Source: an uncultured bacterium (lineage in GTDB: Bacteria > Oederibacteriota > Oederibacteriia > Oederibacteriales > Oederibacteriaceae). Taken from it: DNA of 64,000 nt. The stretch spans positions 2,080,001-2,144,000 of the forward strand of contig OZ218778.1 in the NCBI GenBank assembly GCA_965112635.1, given 5' to 3'. Below the pieces are notes generated by a model, which was not told where the DNA came from, did no database searches, and saw only the letters and a list, made by a program, of their open reading frames with translations. Every line of letters starts with the position of its first letter. Within the stretch, counting starts at the first letter, position 1. This document shows positions 30,945 through 42,375 of the stretch, in pieces. The translations under genes were made by a program, and so were the position numbers.

Positions 30945-32138
30945 ATGAAATATGTGTTACTGGTTCTGGATGGGGCGGCTGACCGGCCTATCCCGGAATT
31001 GGGGGATAAAACCCCTTTGCAAACAGCTAAAAAACCCCATTTGGACGAGCTGGCCAAACAGGGCCAAAGCGGGCTTTTAAAAACATGCCCCGATGACGTG
31101 GCGCCAGGCAGCGACACGGCCAATTTGAGCTTGCTGGGCTATGACCCCAAGAAGTATTTCTCCGGCAGGGCTCCTTTGGAAGCCGCCAATATTGGCATAG
31201 ATCTTAAACCTAACCAGGTGGCTTTTCGCTGCAACCTGGTGACGGTCAAGGACGAGAAAATGTTGGATTATAGTGCCGGCCATATTTCGACCGGAGAGGC
31301 CAAACTTTTGATCGAGATGCTGGAGAAGAGGCTTAGTACCAAAAAGATCCATTTTTACCCAGGCGTGGGATACAGGCATCTCATGGTGTGGGAGGGAGGC
31401 CCTGACCAGCTGAAATGCATGCCGCCCCATGACATCATGGGCCGACCCATTGAGGACAACCTGCCCCAGGGAACCGGCAAGAAATTCGTCTGCCAATTGA
31501 TGAAGGACTCCCAATTGCTTTTGGAGGGGCACGAGGTCAACTGGCGCAGACGCCGCGAAAAGCTGAACACCGCGAACATGATCTGGCTATGGGGCTCAGG
31601 CAAAAAGCCCACCCTCCCGCTTTTGACGGAAAAGTACAAGATCACGGGTTCGGTCATCTCGGCCGTGGACTTGGTCAAGGGTATTGGGATCTATGCCGGG
31701 CTTAAAGTCCTCAATGTTCCCGGTGCCACGGGATATCTGGATACAAACTATGCTGGCAAGTGCGAGTATGCGTTAAAGGCCTTGAAAAAGGAAGATTTTG
31801 TCTGGATCCACGTGGAAGCTCCTGACGAGGCGGGTCATAATGGCGATGCGGCTTCCAAGATCAAGGCAATAGAAGATATCGACGAGAAGATTGTGGGTCC
31901 GCTTGTGGAAGGCCTGAAAAAACTAGGCGATTACAGGATCGTAGCCTGCCCGGACCATCCCACACCCATTTCCACTCGCACGCACAATAACGACAAGGTG
32001 CCTTTTCTCATTGCCGGGGCGGGGGTCCAGCCCGACGGGGTGTCCGCATTCGACGAGCAGTCAGCTTTGGCCGGCTCATTGCAGTTTGACCAGGGCTGGA
32101 ACATGATGGATTATTTTATTTCTCTAACCAAAGATTAG
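30945..32138 (+). CDS. apgM: Cofactor-independent phosphoglycerate mutase family protein (ApgM type, proposed homoserine kinase subgroup)
   Basis: DGAAD, PGSDTANL, GRAPLEAA, HVEAPDEAGH, PDHPTP. Confidence 0.9.
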   Translation: MKYVLLVLDGAADRPIPELGDKTPLQTAKKPHLDELAKQGQSGLLKTCPDDVAPGSDTANLSLLGYDPKKYFSGRAPLEAANIGIDLKPNQVAFRCNLVTVKDEKMLDYSAGHISTGEAKLLIEMLEKRLSTKKIHFYPGVGYRHLMVWEGGPDQLKCMPPHDIMGRPIEDNLPQGTGKKFVCQLMKDSQLLLEGHEVNWRRRREKLNTANMIWLWGSGKKPTLPLLTEKYKITGSVISAVDLVKGIGIYAGLKVLNVPGATGYLDTNYAGKCEYALKALKKEDFVWIHVEAPDEAGHNGDAASKIKAIEDIDEKIVGPLVEGLKKLGDYRIVACPDHPTPISTRTHNNDKVPFLIAGAGVQPDGVSAFDEQSALAGSLQFDQGWNMMDYFISLTKD

Positions 32139-32275
32139 CTTCTCTTCGGCGCCCCCCTCCTCCAGCAGAAGCCAGCCTGTAAAGGTAATAACAACGGCTT
32201 GAATTGCTCCATTTTGGATTTACCTGGCCGTCATTTCGATGCTCTTTCCGGCCTCAATGTTCCCCGAAGGGCAGG

Positions 32276-32303
32276 TTGCAAACAAAGCTTTTAATTGTAT
32301 AAT
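32276..32303 (+). promoter_or_regulatory. Putative sigma70 promoter of lysC
   Basis: TTGCAA-16 nt-TATAAT upstream of an AGGAGG RBS. Confidence 0.55.
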
Positions 32304-32337
32304 ACTTGAAATTTGTCAACTTCAGGAGGGTGCTGGT

Positions 32338-33561
32338 TTGCCTATCGTTGTGCAAAAGTTCGGCGGAGCGGTCCTGGCCGATGTTGAAAAAATGAAGGAA
32401 GCGGCCCAAGTCATCCTTCGTACCAAAAGAAAAGGGAAAAGGCTGGTGGTCGTGGTTTCCGCTCCCGGGGACACGACCGACGACCTCATAACTCTGGCTA
32501 AAAAGATCACCGAGACGCCGGACAAAAGGGAAATGGATATGCTGCTGGCGACCGGAGAACAGCAATCCTGCGCCCTCCTGGCCATGATCCTAAAATCCAT
32601 GGGCCACAAAGCGGTCTCTTACACAGGACCGCAGGTCGATATTGTCACGGATAGCAGTCACACCAAGGCCAGGATCGTTAGGATAGGGAACCAGAGGATA
32701 AAAAAGTCCCTGCAGGAAGGCAAGATCGTCATCGTGGCTGGATTCCAGGGGCGCACCGTTAATGAAGATATCACCACCTTAGGCCGGGGCGGTTCGGACC
32801 TGACCGCCGTGGCTTTGGCGGCTTTTTTAAAGGCGGAGATCTGCGAGTTTTACAAAGATGTCAAAGGGGTCTTTACCGCCAATCCCCGCATCGTTCCGGA
32901 CGCGAGGAAGTTGGATTCTGTTTCGTACGACGAGATGCTGGAAATGGCGAGCATGGGCGCCCAGGTGCTTAACGCCCGTTCGGTGGAATACGCGAAAAAC
33001 TACAATGTCCCCCTATTGATCCGGTCCAACCAACCGGGCAGCGGGACCTATGTCACCAAGGAGGCTAAATCGATGGAAAAAGTGGTTGTCAGCGGCGTGG
33101 CTTATTCAACGGACGAGGCCAAGATCACGATCCGCGGGGTGCAGGACCGGCCCGGCCTCGCGGCGTTTGTGTTCAAAAAGATCGCCGAACAGGATATCAA
33201 CGTGGACATCATCGTCCAAAATACCAGCTTGCAGGGCAAGACGGATATCTCTTTCACGGTGCCTAGGAATGAATTAAAGGCCGCCCAGCAGATCACGGCC
33301 AAGGTCTGCAAGATCATCAAAGCCAAAGGCATGGTCGTGGACAACCGCGTGGCCAAGGTTTCCGTCATCGGGGTGGGGATGCGATCCCATAAAGGCGTGG
33401 CTGCGAAAATGTTCGAGGCTCTGGCGCAGGCAGCCATCAACATAGATATGATCAGCACCTCTGAGATCAAGATCTCTTGTGTTATAACTGAAAACCAGGT
33501 CAAAAAGGCTGTTCAGGTGATCCATAAAAAATTCCAGTTGAACAAGATAGGCAGGAGCTAA
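32338..33561 (+). CDS. lysC: Aspartate kinase
   Basis: VQKFGG, TTLGRGGSD, two ACT domains; TTG start after AGGAGG. Confidence 0.95.
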   Translation: MPIVVQKFGGAVLADVEKMKEAAQVILRTKRKGKRLVVVVSAPGDTTDDLITLAKKITETPDKREMDMLLATGEQQSCALLAMILKSMGHKAVSYTGPQVDIVTDSSHTKARIVRIGNQRIKKSLQEGKIVIVAGFQGRTVNEDITTLGRGGSDLTAVALAAFLKAEICEFYKDVKGVFTANPRIVPDARKLDSVSYDEMLEMASMGAQVLNARSVEYAKNYNVPLLIRSNQPGSGTYVTKEAKSMEKVVVSGVAYSTDEAKITIRGVQDRPGLAAFVFKKIAEQDINVDIIVQNTSLQGKTDISFTVPRNELKAAQQITAKVCKIIKAKGMVVDNRVAKVSVIGVGMRSHKGVAAKMFEALAQAAINIDMISTSEIKISCVITENQVKKAVQVIHKKFQLNKIGRS

Positions 33562-33583
33562 CTAAAGGATTGGAGGCGGAAAA

Positions 33584-35170
33584 GTGTCCAAAATAATAAA
33601 AGATGTTCTTCTTTATGATACGACCCTGAGAGACGGGGCCCAGGGACAGGGGGTCTCTTTTTCCATAGAAGATAAGATCATGATCAGCCGGCGGTTGGAC
33701 CAGTTCGGCATGGATTATATCGAAGGCGGCATGACCAATCCCCAGAACGTCAAGGACCTGTCTTTCTTTCATCGGATGCGTTCTGTTCATCTCAAGAACG
33801 CTAAACTCGTGGCTTTTGGCAGCACACGCAAGGCTAATAAGCCCGTAGGCCAAGACCCCAGCGTTAAAGGGCTTTTGAGCGCCCAGACCAAGGCGGTCAC
33901 GGTGATGGGCAAGAGTTGGCTCCTTCATGTCCTCAAGGTCCTGAGAACATCACCGCAAGAGAATCTGGCCATGATCTCCAGCACCATTGCATATCTCAAA
34001 AGCAAAGGCAAAGAGGTCATCTATGACGCCGAGCATTTTTTCGAAGGTTATCTGGCAGATCCGAAGTATGCTCTCAAGACGCTGGCTATGGCCGAAGCGG
34101 CCGGTGCCAGCTGGATCGTGCTTTGCGACACCAATGGCGGTTTGATCCCGGAACAGATCTATAAAATCACCAGGGAAGTCAAATCACGGATCAGGGCACG
34201 GTTAGGAATCCATACCCATAACGACTCGGATTGTGCAGTGGCCAATACCATAGAGGCAGTGCGGGCCGGCGCCACCCAGGTCCAGGGGACCATCAACGGA
34301 ATGGGTGAGCGTTGCGGCAATGCCAATCTCTGTTCGGTCATCCCGAATTTGGCCTTTAAAATGGGACTGGTTTGCCTTGATCCGCGGAATCTCAAAGACC
34401 TGAACAAGGTTTCCTGGTATGTCAGCGAATTGGCCAACATCGCCCATAAACCGGAGCAGCCTTTTGTGGGAAGCAGCGCGTTCTCGCACAAAGCGGGGAT
34501 GCATGTCCACGCCCTGCAGCAGGACCTGCAGACCTATGAGCATTTAAACCCAGCCAAAATAGGGAACAGGCGGACCTTCCTGATGTCCGGAGAGCAGTCT
34601 GGCGCCACCAGCGTGGTGGTCAAAGCCAATGAGCAGGGGATCAAGCTCGCCTTGGGCGACCCCCGTGTTCAGGAGATCGTCAGGCATCTCAAGGAACTCG
34701 AAAAAGAGGGTTATCACTTTGAGGGAGCGGAAGCCTCATTCGAGCTTTTGGTGAAAAAGACGCTCAAAAAGCACCGTAAATTCTTTGACCTTACGGGTTA
34801 TCGGGTCACCGTGGAAAAAGAAGGCAACCGCAAGCCGCTTTGCGAAGCCACGATAAAGCTTAAAGTCAACGGCATTGAAGAGCATACGGCGGCTTCCGGG
34901 GACGGACCCGTGGAAGCCCTTGACCACGCGCTCAGAAAGGCCCTGGAGCAGTTTTATCCCAATCTGAAAAAGGTCTCCCTGATCGACTTTAAAGTAAGGG
35001 TGCTGGACGCTTCCGCGGGCTCTGCGTCCAAGGTCCGCGTTTTGACCGAGTCCACGGACGGCAGAAGAATATGGGGGAACGTTGGTGTTTCAGAAAACAT
35101 CATTGAAGCCTCCTGGGATGCCCTCGTGGAAAGCATCGAATACAAACTTCTCAAAGACGGGCACAAGTAA
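33584..35170 (+). CDS. cimA: Citramalate synthase
   Basis: DTTLRDGAQG, YDAEHFF, LCDTNGG, GERCGNAN, SHKAGMH, FEGAEASFEL. Confidence 0.92.
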   Translation: MSKIIKDVLLYDTTLRDGAQGQGVSFSIEDKIMISRRLDQFGMDYIEGGMTNPQNVKDLSFFHRMRSVHLKNAKLVAFGSTRKANKPVGQDPSVKGLLSAQTKAVTVMGKSWLLHVLKVLRTSPQENLAMISSTIAYLKSKGKEVIYDAEHFFEGYLADPKYALKTLAMAEAAGASWIVLCDTNGGLIPEQIYKITREVKSRIRARLGIHTHNDSDCAVANTIEAVRAGATQVQGTINGMGERCGNANLCSVIPNLAFKMGLVCLDPRNLKDLNKVSWYVSELANIAHKPEQPFVGSSAFSHKAGMHVHALQQDLQTYEHLNPAKIGNRRTFLMSGEQSGATSVVVKANEQGIKLALGDPRVQEIVRHLKELEKEGYHFEGAEASFELLVKKTLKKHRKFFDLTGYRVTVEKEGNRKPLCEATIKLKVNGIEEHTAASGDGPVEALDHALRKALEQFYPNLKKVSLIDFKVRVLDASAGSASKVRVLTESTDGRRIWGNVGVSENIIEASWDALVESIEYKLLKDGHK

Positions 35171-35218
35171 TCCCCTCGAACAACTTTTCCGCCGGATCCC
35201 AAAGAAAGGGTCTGAACC

Positions 35219-37876
35219 TTGAGCGAACTGACATCAAAGTACGAACCGCATCAGGTGGAGGCGGCCTGGTCCGCTATTTGGGCCGAAAAGGGCTTTTTTA
35301 AGGCCAGTTCTGACGGAACAAAAAAACCATATTGCATCGTCATTCCTCCGCCCAATGTGACAGGAGCCCTTCATTTCGGCCATGCCCTGAACAATACCCT
35401 GCAGGACATCCTCATCCGTTTTAAGAGGATGCAGGGATGCGACGCCCTTTGGATCCCGGGTACAGACCATGCCGGTATCGCCACGCAAAATGTGGTGGAA
35501 CGCCAGCTGGCCAAGGAACACGTGACCCGGCAGCAGTTAGGCCGCGAGAAGTTCGTCGAAAGGGTCTGGAAGTGGAAAGAGCAGTATGGAGGCCAGATCC
35601 TGAACCAGCTCAGGCGTCTGGGAGCTTCCTGCGATTTTTCCAGGGAACGGTTCACGATGGACGAGGGCCTGTCTGCGGCCGTGGCCGAAGTTTTTGTGAA
35701 GTTATACGAGGAAGGCCTGATCTATAGGAGCGAATATATCGTTAACTGGTGCCCGCGCTGCGGCACCGCGCTTTCAGACCTGGAGGTGGAATACCAGGAA
35801 TCCCAAGGCGAGCTTTACCATATCCTCTACCCCTTTCCAGGCGCAAAAGACAAGGGGATCGTCGTGGCCACTACCAGGCCGGAGACCATGCTGGGCGATA
35901 CGGCAGTGGCCGTGAACCCGGAGGACGGCCGATACCAGGGGGTCGTCGGAAAGACCGTCATCCTGCCTTTGCTCAACCGGGAGATCCCGCTTATTGCCGA
36001 CCCCTACGTGGATAAAACCTTCGGGACCGGCGCGGTCAAGATCACGCCTTCCCATGATCCCAATGATTTTCAGATCGGTAAAAAACACGGTCTCGCTTTC
36101 ATCAAAGTGATCCACACGGACGGGAAGATGACCAAAGAGGCCGGGCCTTATGCCGGACTGGACCGCTTTAGCTGCAGGAAAAAAGTGCTCGAAGACCTGG
36201 GGCAACAGGGGTGGCTGGTCAAAACCGAGCCGCACCTGAACGCCGTGGGGCATTGCCAGCGCTGCAAGACCGTGGTCGAACCCATGGTTTCCCTGCAGTG
36301 GTTCGTCAAGACCAAGCCGCTGGCCGAACCAGCCATCAAAGCTGTCAAAGAAAAACAGATCCATATCGTCCCGGAGACTTGGAGCAAGACTTATTTTGAT
36401 TGGATGGAGAATATCAGGGACTGGTGCATTTCCCGCCAATTATGGTGGGGCCACCGCATTCCTGTCTGGTATTGCCAGGATTGCGGAGAGATCAACGTGG
36501 CCAAGTTGGCGCCGGTAAAGTGCAAGAAATGCGGTAAATCCAACCTCAAACAGGATGAGGACGTGCTGGACACCTGGTTCAGCTCCGGATTGTGGCCGTT
36601 TTCGACCTTGGGTTGGCCCAATCAAACAAAAGACCTACAGCGCTTTTATCCCACTGATTGCCTGGTCACTGCTTTTGACATCATCTTTTTCTGGGTGGCC
36701 CGGATGATCATGATGGGAATACACTTTACCGGCCAAGTGCCATTTAAAGACGTGTATATCCACGCCCTGGTGCGGGACGCCGAGGGCAAGAAAATGAGCA
36801 AATCCAGGGGCAATGTCGTGGATCCCTTGGAAATGATAGACAAGTACGGCTGCGACGCTTTGCGGTTCACCCTGGCGGCGCTGGCGGCGCAGGGCAGGGA
36901 CGTGGCCTTGGACGAGGACCGCATCAACGGCTATAGGAATTTTTGCAATAAACTGTGGAACGCCAACCGCTTCTTTTTTATGAACTGCGGAGAGATCGTG
37001 CCCAAGGGTATCGAGGAAATTAACAAGGCCGGTCTCAGCCTGTTCGACCGGTGGATATTGAGCAGGCTGGACCAGGTAGCGACCGATGTCAAAGAGGCCC
37101 TGGACGGTTACAGGTTCAATGACGCGGCACTGGCCATTTACGATTTTACCTGGCATGAGTACTGCGACTGGTATGTGGAGCTAACCAAACCCTCCTGCGC
37201 CAACCCAGGGCCGGATAAAGACCGGGTGCTGGCAGTCCATCTCTTTGTGCTGGACACGGTCCTCAGGCTGCTGCATCCTTTTATGCCGTTCATTACAGAA
37301 GAGATATGGAATAATCTTCCATTTGCCAGCAAGCCAGCGCAGAGTCTTTGCGTGGCAGATTGGCCCGAACTTAAGAATAAGTACCGTGACGTTCCTGCTG
37401 GAATGGATATGGATCTGATCATTCAGGCTGTGACCGCCGTAAGGAATCTGCGCAGCGGTTATCATGTTCCGCCCGGCTTAAAACTTAATATTTCCATCAA
37501 GGTAAAGACATTAGAGGAAGAGGCACTTTTGGAGAAGTACGAGCAACTGCTGACCGGTTTGTTCAAGGCAGAGAAGCTTGTTCTAGGTACAAAGATAGAG
37601 AAGCCGAAATTGTGCGCTGAGTCGTTCCTCGGCGATATCGAGGTCTATGTTCCCCTGGGCTCTTTTCTGGACATCGAACAGGAAAAGGCCAAGGTACTCA
37701 AGGAAAAGGAAAAGATGGGCCAGCTCATTGGACAACTGGAGCAGCGCTTGGCTGACAAGCACTTCCTGGCCAAAGCCCCGGAACACCTCATTCAGCAGGA
37801 AAAAGCCAAGGCCCAGGATTGGGCCGCCCAAAGGGATAAGCTGGATGAATATTTGCGCCGTCTCAAGGGAGAATAG
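35219..37876 (+). CDS. valS: Valine--tRNA ligase
   Basis: [31 protein letters not shown]-terminal coiled coil. Confidence 0.97.
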   Translation: MSELTSKYEPHQVEAAWSAIWAEKGFFKASSDGTKKPYCIVIPPPNVTGALHFGHALNNTLQDILIRFKRMQGCDALWIPGTDHAGIATQNVVERQLAKEHVTRQQLGREKFVERVWKWKEQYGGQILNQLRRLGASCDFSRERFTMDEGLSAAVAEVFVKLYEEGLIYRSEYIVNWCPRCGTALSDLEVEYQESQGELYHILYPFPGAKDKGIVVATTRPETMLGDTAVAVNPEDGRYQGVVGKTVILPLLNREIPLIADPYVDKTFGTGAVKITPSHDPNDFQIGKKHGLAFIKVIHTDGKMTKEAGPYAGLDRFSCRKKVLEDLGQQGWLVKTEPHLNAVGHCQRCKTVVEPMVSLQWFVKTKPLAEPAIKAVKEKQIHIVPETWSKTYFDWMENIRDWCISRQLWWGHRIPVWYCQDCGEINVAKLAPVKCKKCGKSNLKQDEDVLDTWFSSGLWPFSTLGWPNQTKDLQRFYPTDCLVTAFDIIFFWVARMIMMGIHFTGQVPFKDVYIHALVRDAEGKKMSKSRGNVVDPLEMIDKYGCDALRFTLAALAAQGRDVALDEDRINGYRNFCNKLWNANRFFFMNCGEIVPKGIEEINKAGLSLFDRWILSRLDQVATDVKEALDGYRFNDAALAIYDFTWHEYCDWYVELTKPSCANPGPDKDRVLAVHLFVLDTVLRLLHPFMPFITEEIWNNLPFASKPAQSLCVADWPELKNKYRDVPAGMDMDLIIQAVTAVRNLRSGYHVPPGLKLNISIKVKTLEEEALLEKYEQLLTGLFKAEKLVLGTKIEKPKLCAESFLGDIEVYVPLGSFLDIEQEKAKVLKEKEKMGQLIGQLEQRLADKHFLAKAPEHLIQQEKAKAQDWAAQRDKLDEYLRRLKGE

Positions 37877-37882
37877 CAGTCA

Positions 37883-38734
37883 ATGAAAAAAGCCATGAGG
37901 GTCGATCCGGCTGAGGTCCGGGCCATTATCCAAAAGGCGTTAATGGAAGACAAGGTGCGGCGTGACATTACCACGCACGGCATCATTGATCCGCATATCC
38001 ACGGCCAGGGTTATTTCGTGGCCAAGCAGGAGGGCGTGCTCGCGGGCCTGGACGTGGCCCGGGAGGTTTTTAGAATAGTGGATAAGGACGTTAAATTCAA
38101 AAAGCTGCTTTCGGACGGGGCGAGGGTCAAAAAAGATGCGGTGCTGGCCAAGGTTGTAGGACGGGCCATCTCTTTGCTCCAAGCCGAAAGGACTTCCCTG
38201 AATTTTTTGCAGCATTTGAGCGGGGTAGCCACTCTGGCCTCCCGTTTTGTGGAAAAGGTCAAAGGGACCGGGGCGGTCATTTTGGACACGCGCAAGACCA
38301 TCCCCGGTTTCCGCTTATTACAGAAATACGCCGTGCGGAAAGGCGGCGCCACCAATCACCGCATGGACTTAGCTGAATCCGTCCTGGTCAAAAATAACCA
38401 TTTTGAGTTCGTGGATTTTGAAGAAGGGGTCAAGAGGGCGGTAAGGAAAGTAAGGGGTAAAAAACCTGTCATCGTAGAGGTCACCAAGGTCTCCCAAGTT
38501 TTGCCGGCCATACGGGGGGGAGCCACCCGGCTTTTGCTGGATAACATGACCATTCCCCATATGAAACAGATCGTTTCCCAGGTCAAGGGCAGGGTGGAAC
38601 TGGAAGCTTCCGGTGGAATTGACCTGCACAACGTGCGCCAAGTCGCTCAAACAGGGGTCGATTTTATTTCAGTCGGGGCTTTGACCCATTCTGTCCGAGC
38701 TATGGACATCAGCCTGGTCATCAAAGGTTCTTGA
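37883..38734 (+). CDS. nadC: Nicotinate-nucleotide pyrophosphorylase (carboxylating)
   Basis: DTRKT, NHR, LLDNM, EASGGI, SVGALTHS. Confidence 0.95.
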   Translation: MKKAMRVDPAEVRAIIQKALMEDKVRRDITTHGIIDPHIHGQGYFVAKQEGVLAGLDVAREVFRIVDKDVKFKKLLSDGARVKKDAVLAKVVGRAISLLQAERTSLNFLQHLSGVATLASRFVEKVKGTGAVILDTRKTIPGFRLLQKYAVRKGGATNHRMDLAESVLVKNNHFEFVDFEEGVKRAVRKVRGKKPVIVEVTKVSQVLPAIRGGATRLLLDNMTIPHMKQIVSQVKGRVELEASGGIDLHNVRQVAQTGVDFISVGALTHSVRAMDISLVIKGS

Positions 38735-38782
38735 GCCTTAACCCCATTGCCTTCAACCCTAACAAGATAGGTAGAAGCACCT

Positions 38783-39586
38783 ATGCCCAAACTTGAATCT
38801 CTTTTGCCCGAAAAGATCCAAAAACACCTCAAAACGAACTCGCTGGGCAAAGTGGTGTTGGTGTTCCGCACCATTGATTCCACCAACGGGTTCGCCCTGA
38901 AGCTGATTGACCCCAAACACGGGACTTTGGTCCTGGCGGAGACCCAGACCAGGGGAAGGGGGAGGCTTGGCCGCAAATGGCATTCTGCGGACCACAAGGG
39001 CATTTGGCTGACCCTTATCCTCAAGCCCTCAGCAGGTTTGGTGCAGCCCGCATCCCTCACTATGTTGATGGCTTTGAGCATCGTGGAAACCTTAAAGCGG
39101 GATTATAGCCTGGATTGCGCCATCAAATGGCCCAATGATATTTATCTGAACCACAAAAAGGTTTGCGGCATTCTGACCGAAGCAAAAACAACCTCGAACA
39201 GGGTTGAGTTTTACGCCCTTGGGGTAGGGTTGAATGTCAACCAGACAAACCGTAATTTTCCGGCGGAATTGCGCAGGCTTGCCTCATCGCTGAGAATTGA
39301 AACAGGCCGGAAGTTGTCCCGCCCTACGCTGATCCAAAAAATATTGCTCCGTTTTGAGGAGCATTTTAAAGAGTTTCAGGGCCAGGGTTTTGCCCGATTC
39401 CTACCCCAGTGGGAAGGGATGAGCGAAACCATCGGCAAGCAGGTCAAAATAGCGACCGGACGCCGGACTTTGGAGGGGCTGGCTGTGGGACTGGATACGG
39501 ACGGAAGCCTGTTGGTCAGATTGGACAGCGGGGTGGTCCATAAAGTCCATGCCGGAGATATCACCCATTTAACCTTAAAGACTTGA
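38783..39586 (+). CDS. birA: Biotin--protein ligase lacking the N-terminal HTH
   Basis: DSTN, QTRGRGRLGRKW, IKWPND, KVCGIL. Confidence 0.94.
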   Translation: MPKLESLLPEKIQKHLKTNSLGKVVLVFRTIDSTNGFALKLIDPKHGTLVLAETQTRGRGRLGRKWHSADHKGIWLTLILKPSAGLVQPASLTMLMALSIVETLKRDYSLDCAIKWPNDIYLNHKKVCGILTEAKTTSNRVEFYALGVGLNVNQTNRNFPAELRRLASSLRIETGRKLSRPTLIQKILLRFEEHFKEFQGQGFARFLPQWEGMSETIGKQVKIATGRRTLEGLAVGLDTDGSLLVRLDSGVVHKVHAGDITHLTLKT

Positions 39587-42204
39587 TGGAGAAGAGGGCA
39601 GCTATGGTTCAGGGTATTAGAGATCCAAAACTTTCCGGGCTGTCCGAACAGGAAGCCGCAGCCAGGCTAAAAAAGTACGGTTATAACGAGATCCAGGTCC
39701 TACAGGGGTACGGCCATTTGCAGTCTTCTGTGCCCCGGCACATCCTAAATATCCTCGCCAACACTTTGAAAGAACCCATGTTCCTGCTATTGATCGCCTG
39801 CACGGCCGTTTTTTTCTTGCTGGGGGAATACAAGGACGGCGCCGTTCTTCTGTGCTTTGTCGTTGTCATGATGACCATTAGCTTTTACCAGGAGCGCAAG
39901 ACTGAAAGGGCCCTGGAGGCCCTGAGGGACCTCTCGAGTCCCCGCGCTTTGGTGATCCGGCAGGGCGTGGAAAAACGTATCGCCGGACGGGAAGTGGTGC
40001 CGGGGGATATTTTGGTACTTGCCGAAGGAGACCGTGTGCCGGCGGACGGGCAGGTCCTTTTCAGCCAGAACCTTTCCGTGGATGAGTCCTTGTTAACCGG
40101 TGAATCCGTGCCTGTCCGCAAGACAGAGTGGAAGGAAGGTCTGGCGCCCACGGCCCAGCCCGGCGGCCAGGATACGCCCTATATCTACTCCAGCACTCTG
40201 GTCGTGCAGGGCTATGCCTATGCCGAAGTCCAAGCCACGGGCATGAAGACCGAAGTTGGGAAGATAGGCAAGGTTTTGCAAAGTATCAAGCCTGTTGAGA
40301 CCAGCTCCCAAAAACAGAACAAAAAGATGGTCGTGGTGCTGGCTGGTTTGGGCGGGTTGTTATGTATCCTGGTCATTGTGATCTATGGGTTGACCAGGGG
40401 TGACTGGATCCATGCCCTGCTGGCAGGTCTTACCTTGGCCATGGCTATGTTACCCGAAGAGTTCCCGGTCGTTCTCACGGTTTTTATGGCCCTCGGCGCC
40501 TGGCGAATGTCAAAGAAAAGGGTGCTGACGCGCAACCTTCCAGCCATCGAAACGCTCGGTTCGACCACAGTCTTATGCGTGGATAAGACCGGGACCTTAA
40601 CGATGAACCAGATGACCGTCACATCCCTTTGTGTCCAGGATGACCACTACGACATAAACTCATCCGTTAAAAATGTTTTGCCGGATAAGTACCACGAGTT
40701 GGTGGAATTCGGCATCCTGGCCAGTCAGTTGGAGGATTTTGACCCCATGGATCGGGCCATCAAGCGGCTTGGTGACCCCTTTATTCTGCCTTTTGAACAT
40801 CACCACCAGGATTGGGAGCATATCCGGGAATACTCTCTTTCCAAGACATTGATGGCGCTTTCCCATGTCTGGCGGTCCAGAGAAGGCAAGGACTACGTGA
40901 TCGCCGCTAAAGGGGCGCCTGAGGCCATCATGGAGCTGTGTCATTTGGACCAGGAAGCGAAGCAAAAGGTGATGCAGAACATCAACCGATTGGCCCGCAG
41001 GGGGTTCAGGATTTTGGCTGCCGCGAAAGGGTATTTTAAAAGCGATTTTTTACCTAAAGAACAACATGATTTTAATTTTGAATTTTTGGGTTTGCTCGGT
41101 CTGTCCGACCCTGTCAGGCCCCAGGTCCCTGAGGCCGTGAAGGAATGTTATGAGGCCGGCATCCGCGTCATCATGATCACAGGCGATTATCCTGAAACCG
41201 CCGTCAATGTGGCCATGGAAATAGGGCTGGAAAACCCGGATAAAGTGTTGACCGGTTCTGTCATCGAGGCGTTGGGTGACAGCGAACTGGCAGCCAGGCT
41301 CAAGGAAGTCAATGTATATGCCCGGATGGCCCCGGAACAGAAATTACGGCTGGTCAAAGCCCTCCAAGCCAATGCTGAGGTCGTGGCCATGACCGGTGAC
41401 GGGGTCAATGACGCAGCAGCGCTCAAGACCGCGGATATCGGTATCGCCATGGGTGAGCGCGGCTCCGATGTGGCCCGCGAATCCGCCGATCTGGTCCTTT
41501 TGAACGATGATTTTAACTCCATCGTCCAGGCGGTCAGGCTGGGAAGGCGTATTTTTGGTAACCTAAGAAAATCCATGGCTTACCTTTTTTCCGTCCATGC
41601 CCCGATAGCCTGTATTTCGCTGACCCCGGTGCTTTTACACTGGCCCCTGCTTTTACTGCCTGTCCATATTACTTTTTTGGAGTTTATCATTGACCCGGCC
41701 TGCTCGGTCATATTTGAAGCAGAGGCCGAAGAAAAGAACTCCATGAAGCAACCGCCCCGCAGGATCGACGCTCCTATTATCGATAAGCTTTCTATTTTTT
41801 TCAGTTTACTGCAGGGGATGTTCGTGTTTTTTATCATGCTTTGCGTGTTGCTCGTATCTAAATGGTTCGGCCAGAACGATAATGATATCAGGGCTATGAT
41901 ATTCAGTATCCTTGTGATCACTAACCTAAGTTTGATCTTTATCAACCGGTCTTGGACCAAGAACATCCTGGAAACCTTGCGCGAGCCCAATCACTTTCTT
42001 TGGCTCGTCACTTTAGGCACCTTGGTATTATTGTGCGTTATTCTGTATGTGCCGGCGTTACAAGACATATTTAAGTTTGGCAGGCTGCCTTGGCACGGAC
42101 TGCTAGTGTGTTTTGGCTCAGGATTACTCTGCATCCTTGTGAATGAAGCGGTCAAATTTACGTTCAGGAACCGTACGAAGTTAAACCCGGGATTGAAATT
42201 TTAA
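39583..42204 (+). CDS. Cation-translocating P-type ATPase (type II-like)
   Basis: LTGES, PEEFP, DKTGTLT, KGAPE, TGDGVND; exact start uncertain. Confidence 0.93.
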   Translation: MMEKRAAMVQGIRDPKLSGLSEQEAAARLKKYGYNEIQVLQGYGHLQSSVPRHILNILANTLKEPMFLLLIACTAVFFLLGEYKDGAVLLCFVVVMMTISFYQERKTERALEALRDLSSPRALVIRQGVEKRIAGREVVPGDILVLAEGDRVPADGQVLFSQNLSVDESLLTGESVPVRKTEWKEGLAPTAQPGGQDTPYIYSSTLVVQGYAYAEVQATGMKTEVGKIGKVLQSIKPVETSSQKQNKKMVVVLAGLGGLLCILVIVIYGLTRGDWIHALLAGLTLAMAMLPEEFPVVLTVFMALGAWRMSKKRVLTRNLPAIETLGSTTVLCVDKTGTLTMNQMTVTSLCVQDDHYDINSSVKNVLPDKYHELVEFGILASQLEDFDPMDRAIKRLGDPFILPFEHHHQDWEHIREYSLSKTLMALSHVWRSREGKDYVIAAKGAPEAIMELCHLDQEAKQKVMQNINRLARRGFRILAAAKGYFKSDFLPKEQHDFNFEFLGLLGLSDPVRPQVPEAVKECYEAGIRVIMITGDYPETAVNVAMEIGLENPDKVLTGSVIEALGDSELAARLKEVNVYARMAPEQKLRLVKALQANAEVVAMTGDGVNDAAALKTADIGIAMGERGSDVARESADLVLLNDDFNSIVQAVRLGRRIFGNLRKSMAYLFSVHAPIACISLTPVLLHWPLLLLPVHITFLEFIIDPACSVIFEAEAEEKNSMKQPPRRIDAPIIDKLSIFFSLLQGMFVFFIMLCVLLVSKWFGQNDNDIRAMIFSILVITNLSLIFINRSWTKNILETLREPNHFLWLVTLGTLVLLCVILYVPALQDIFKFGRLPWHGLLVCFGSGLLCILVNEAVKFTFRNRTKLNPGLKF

Positions 42205-42375
42205 GCTGTTCCAGGATAAAATCAAAGTAATTAAAGATCAATCCACACCCACTGCTTTTAATTATTGGAACAATAGCAGTGGGTGTGCCCCGCCAACTCG
42301 CTGGCGCGAGTTTCTGGGCTGGATTTTTATCCAGCCTAGCGGCGGATAAAAATCCAGGACTAGGAGGAAAGCTAA

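Noticed and set aside
32139-32275. Lysine riboswitch upstream of lysC
   Set aside because: No recognisable L-box motifs, and the likely promoter lies downstream of this segment
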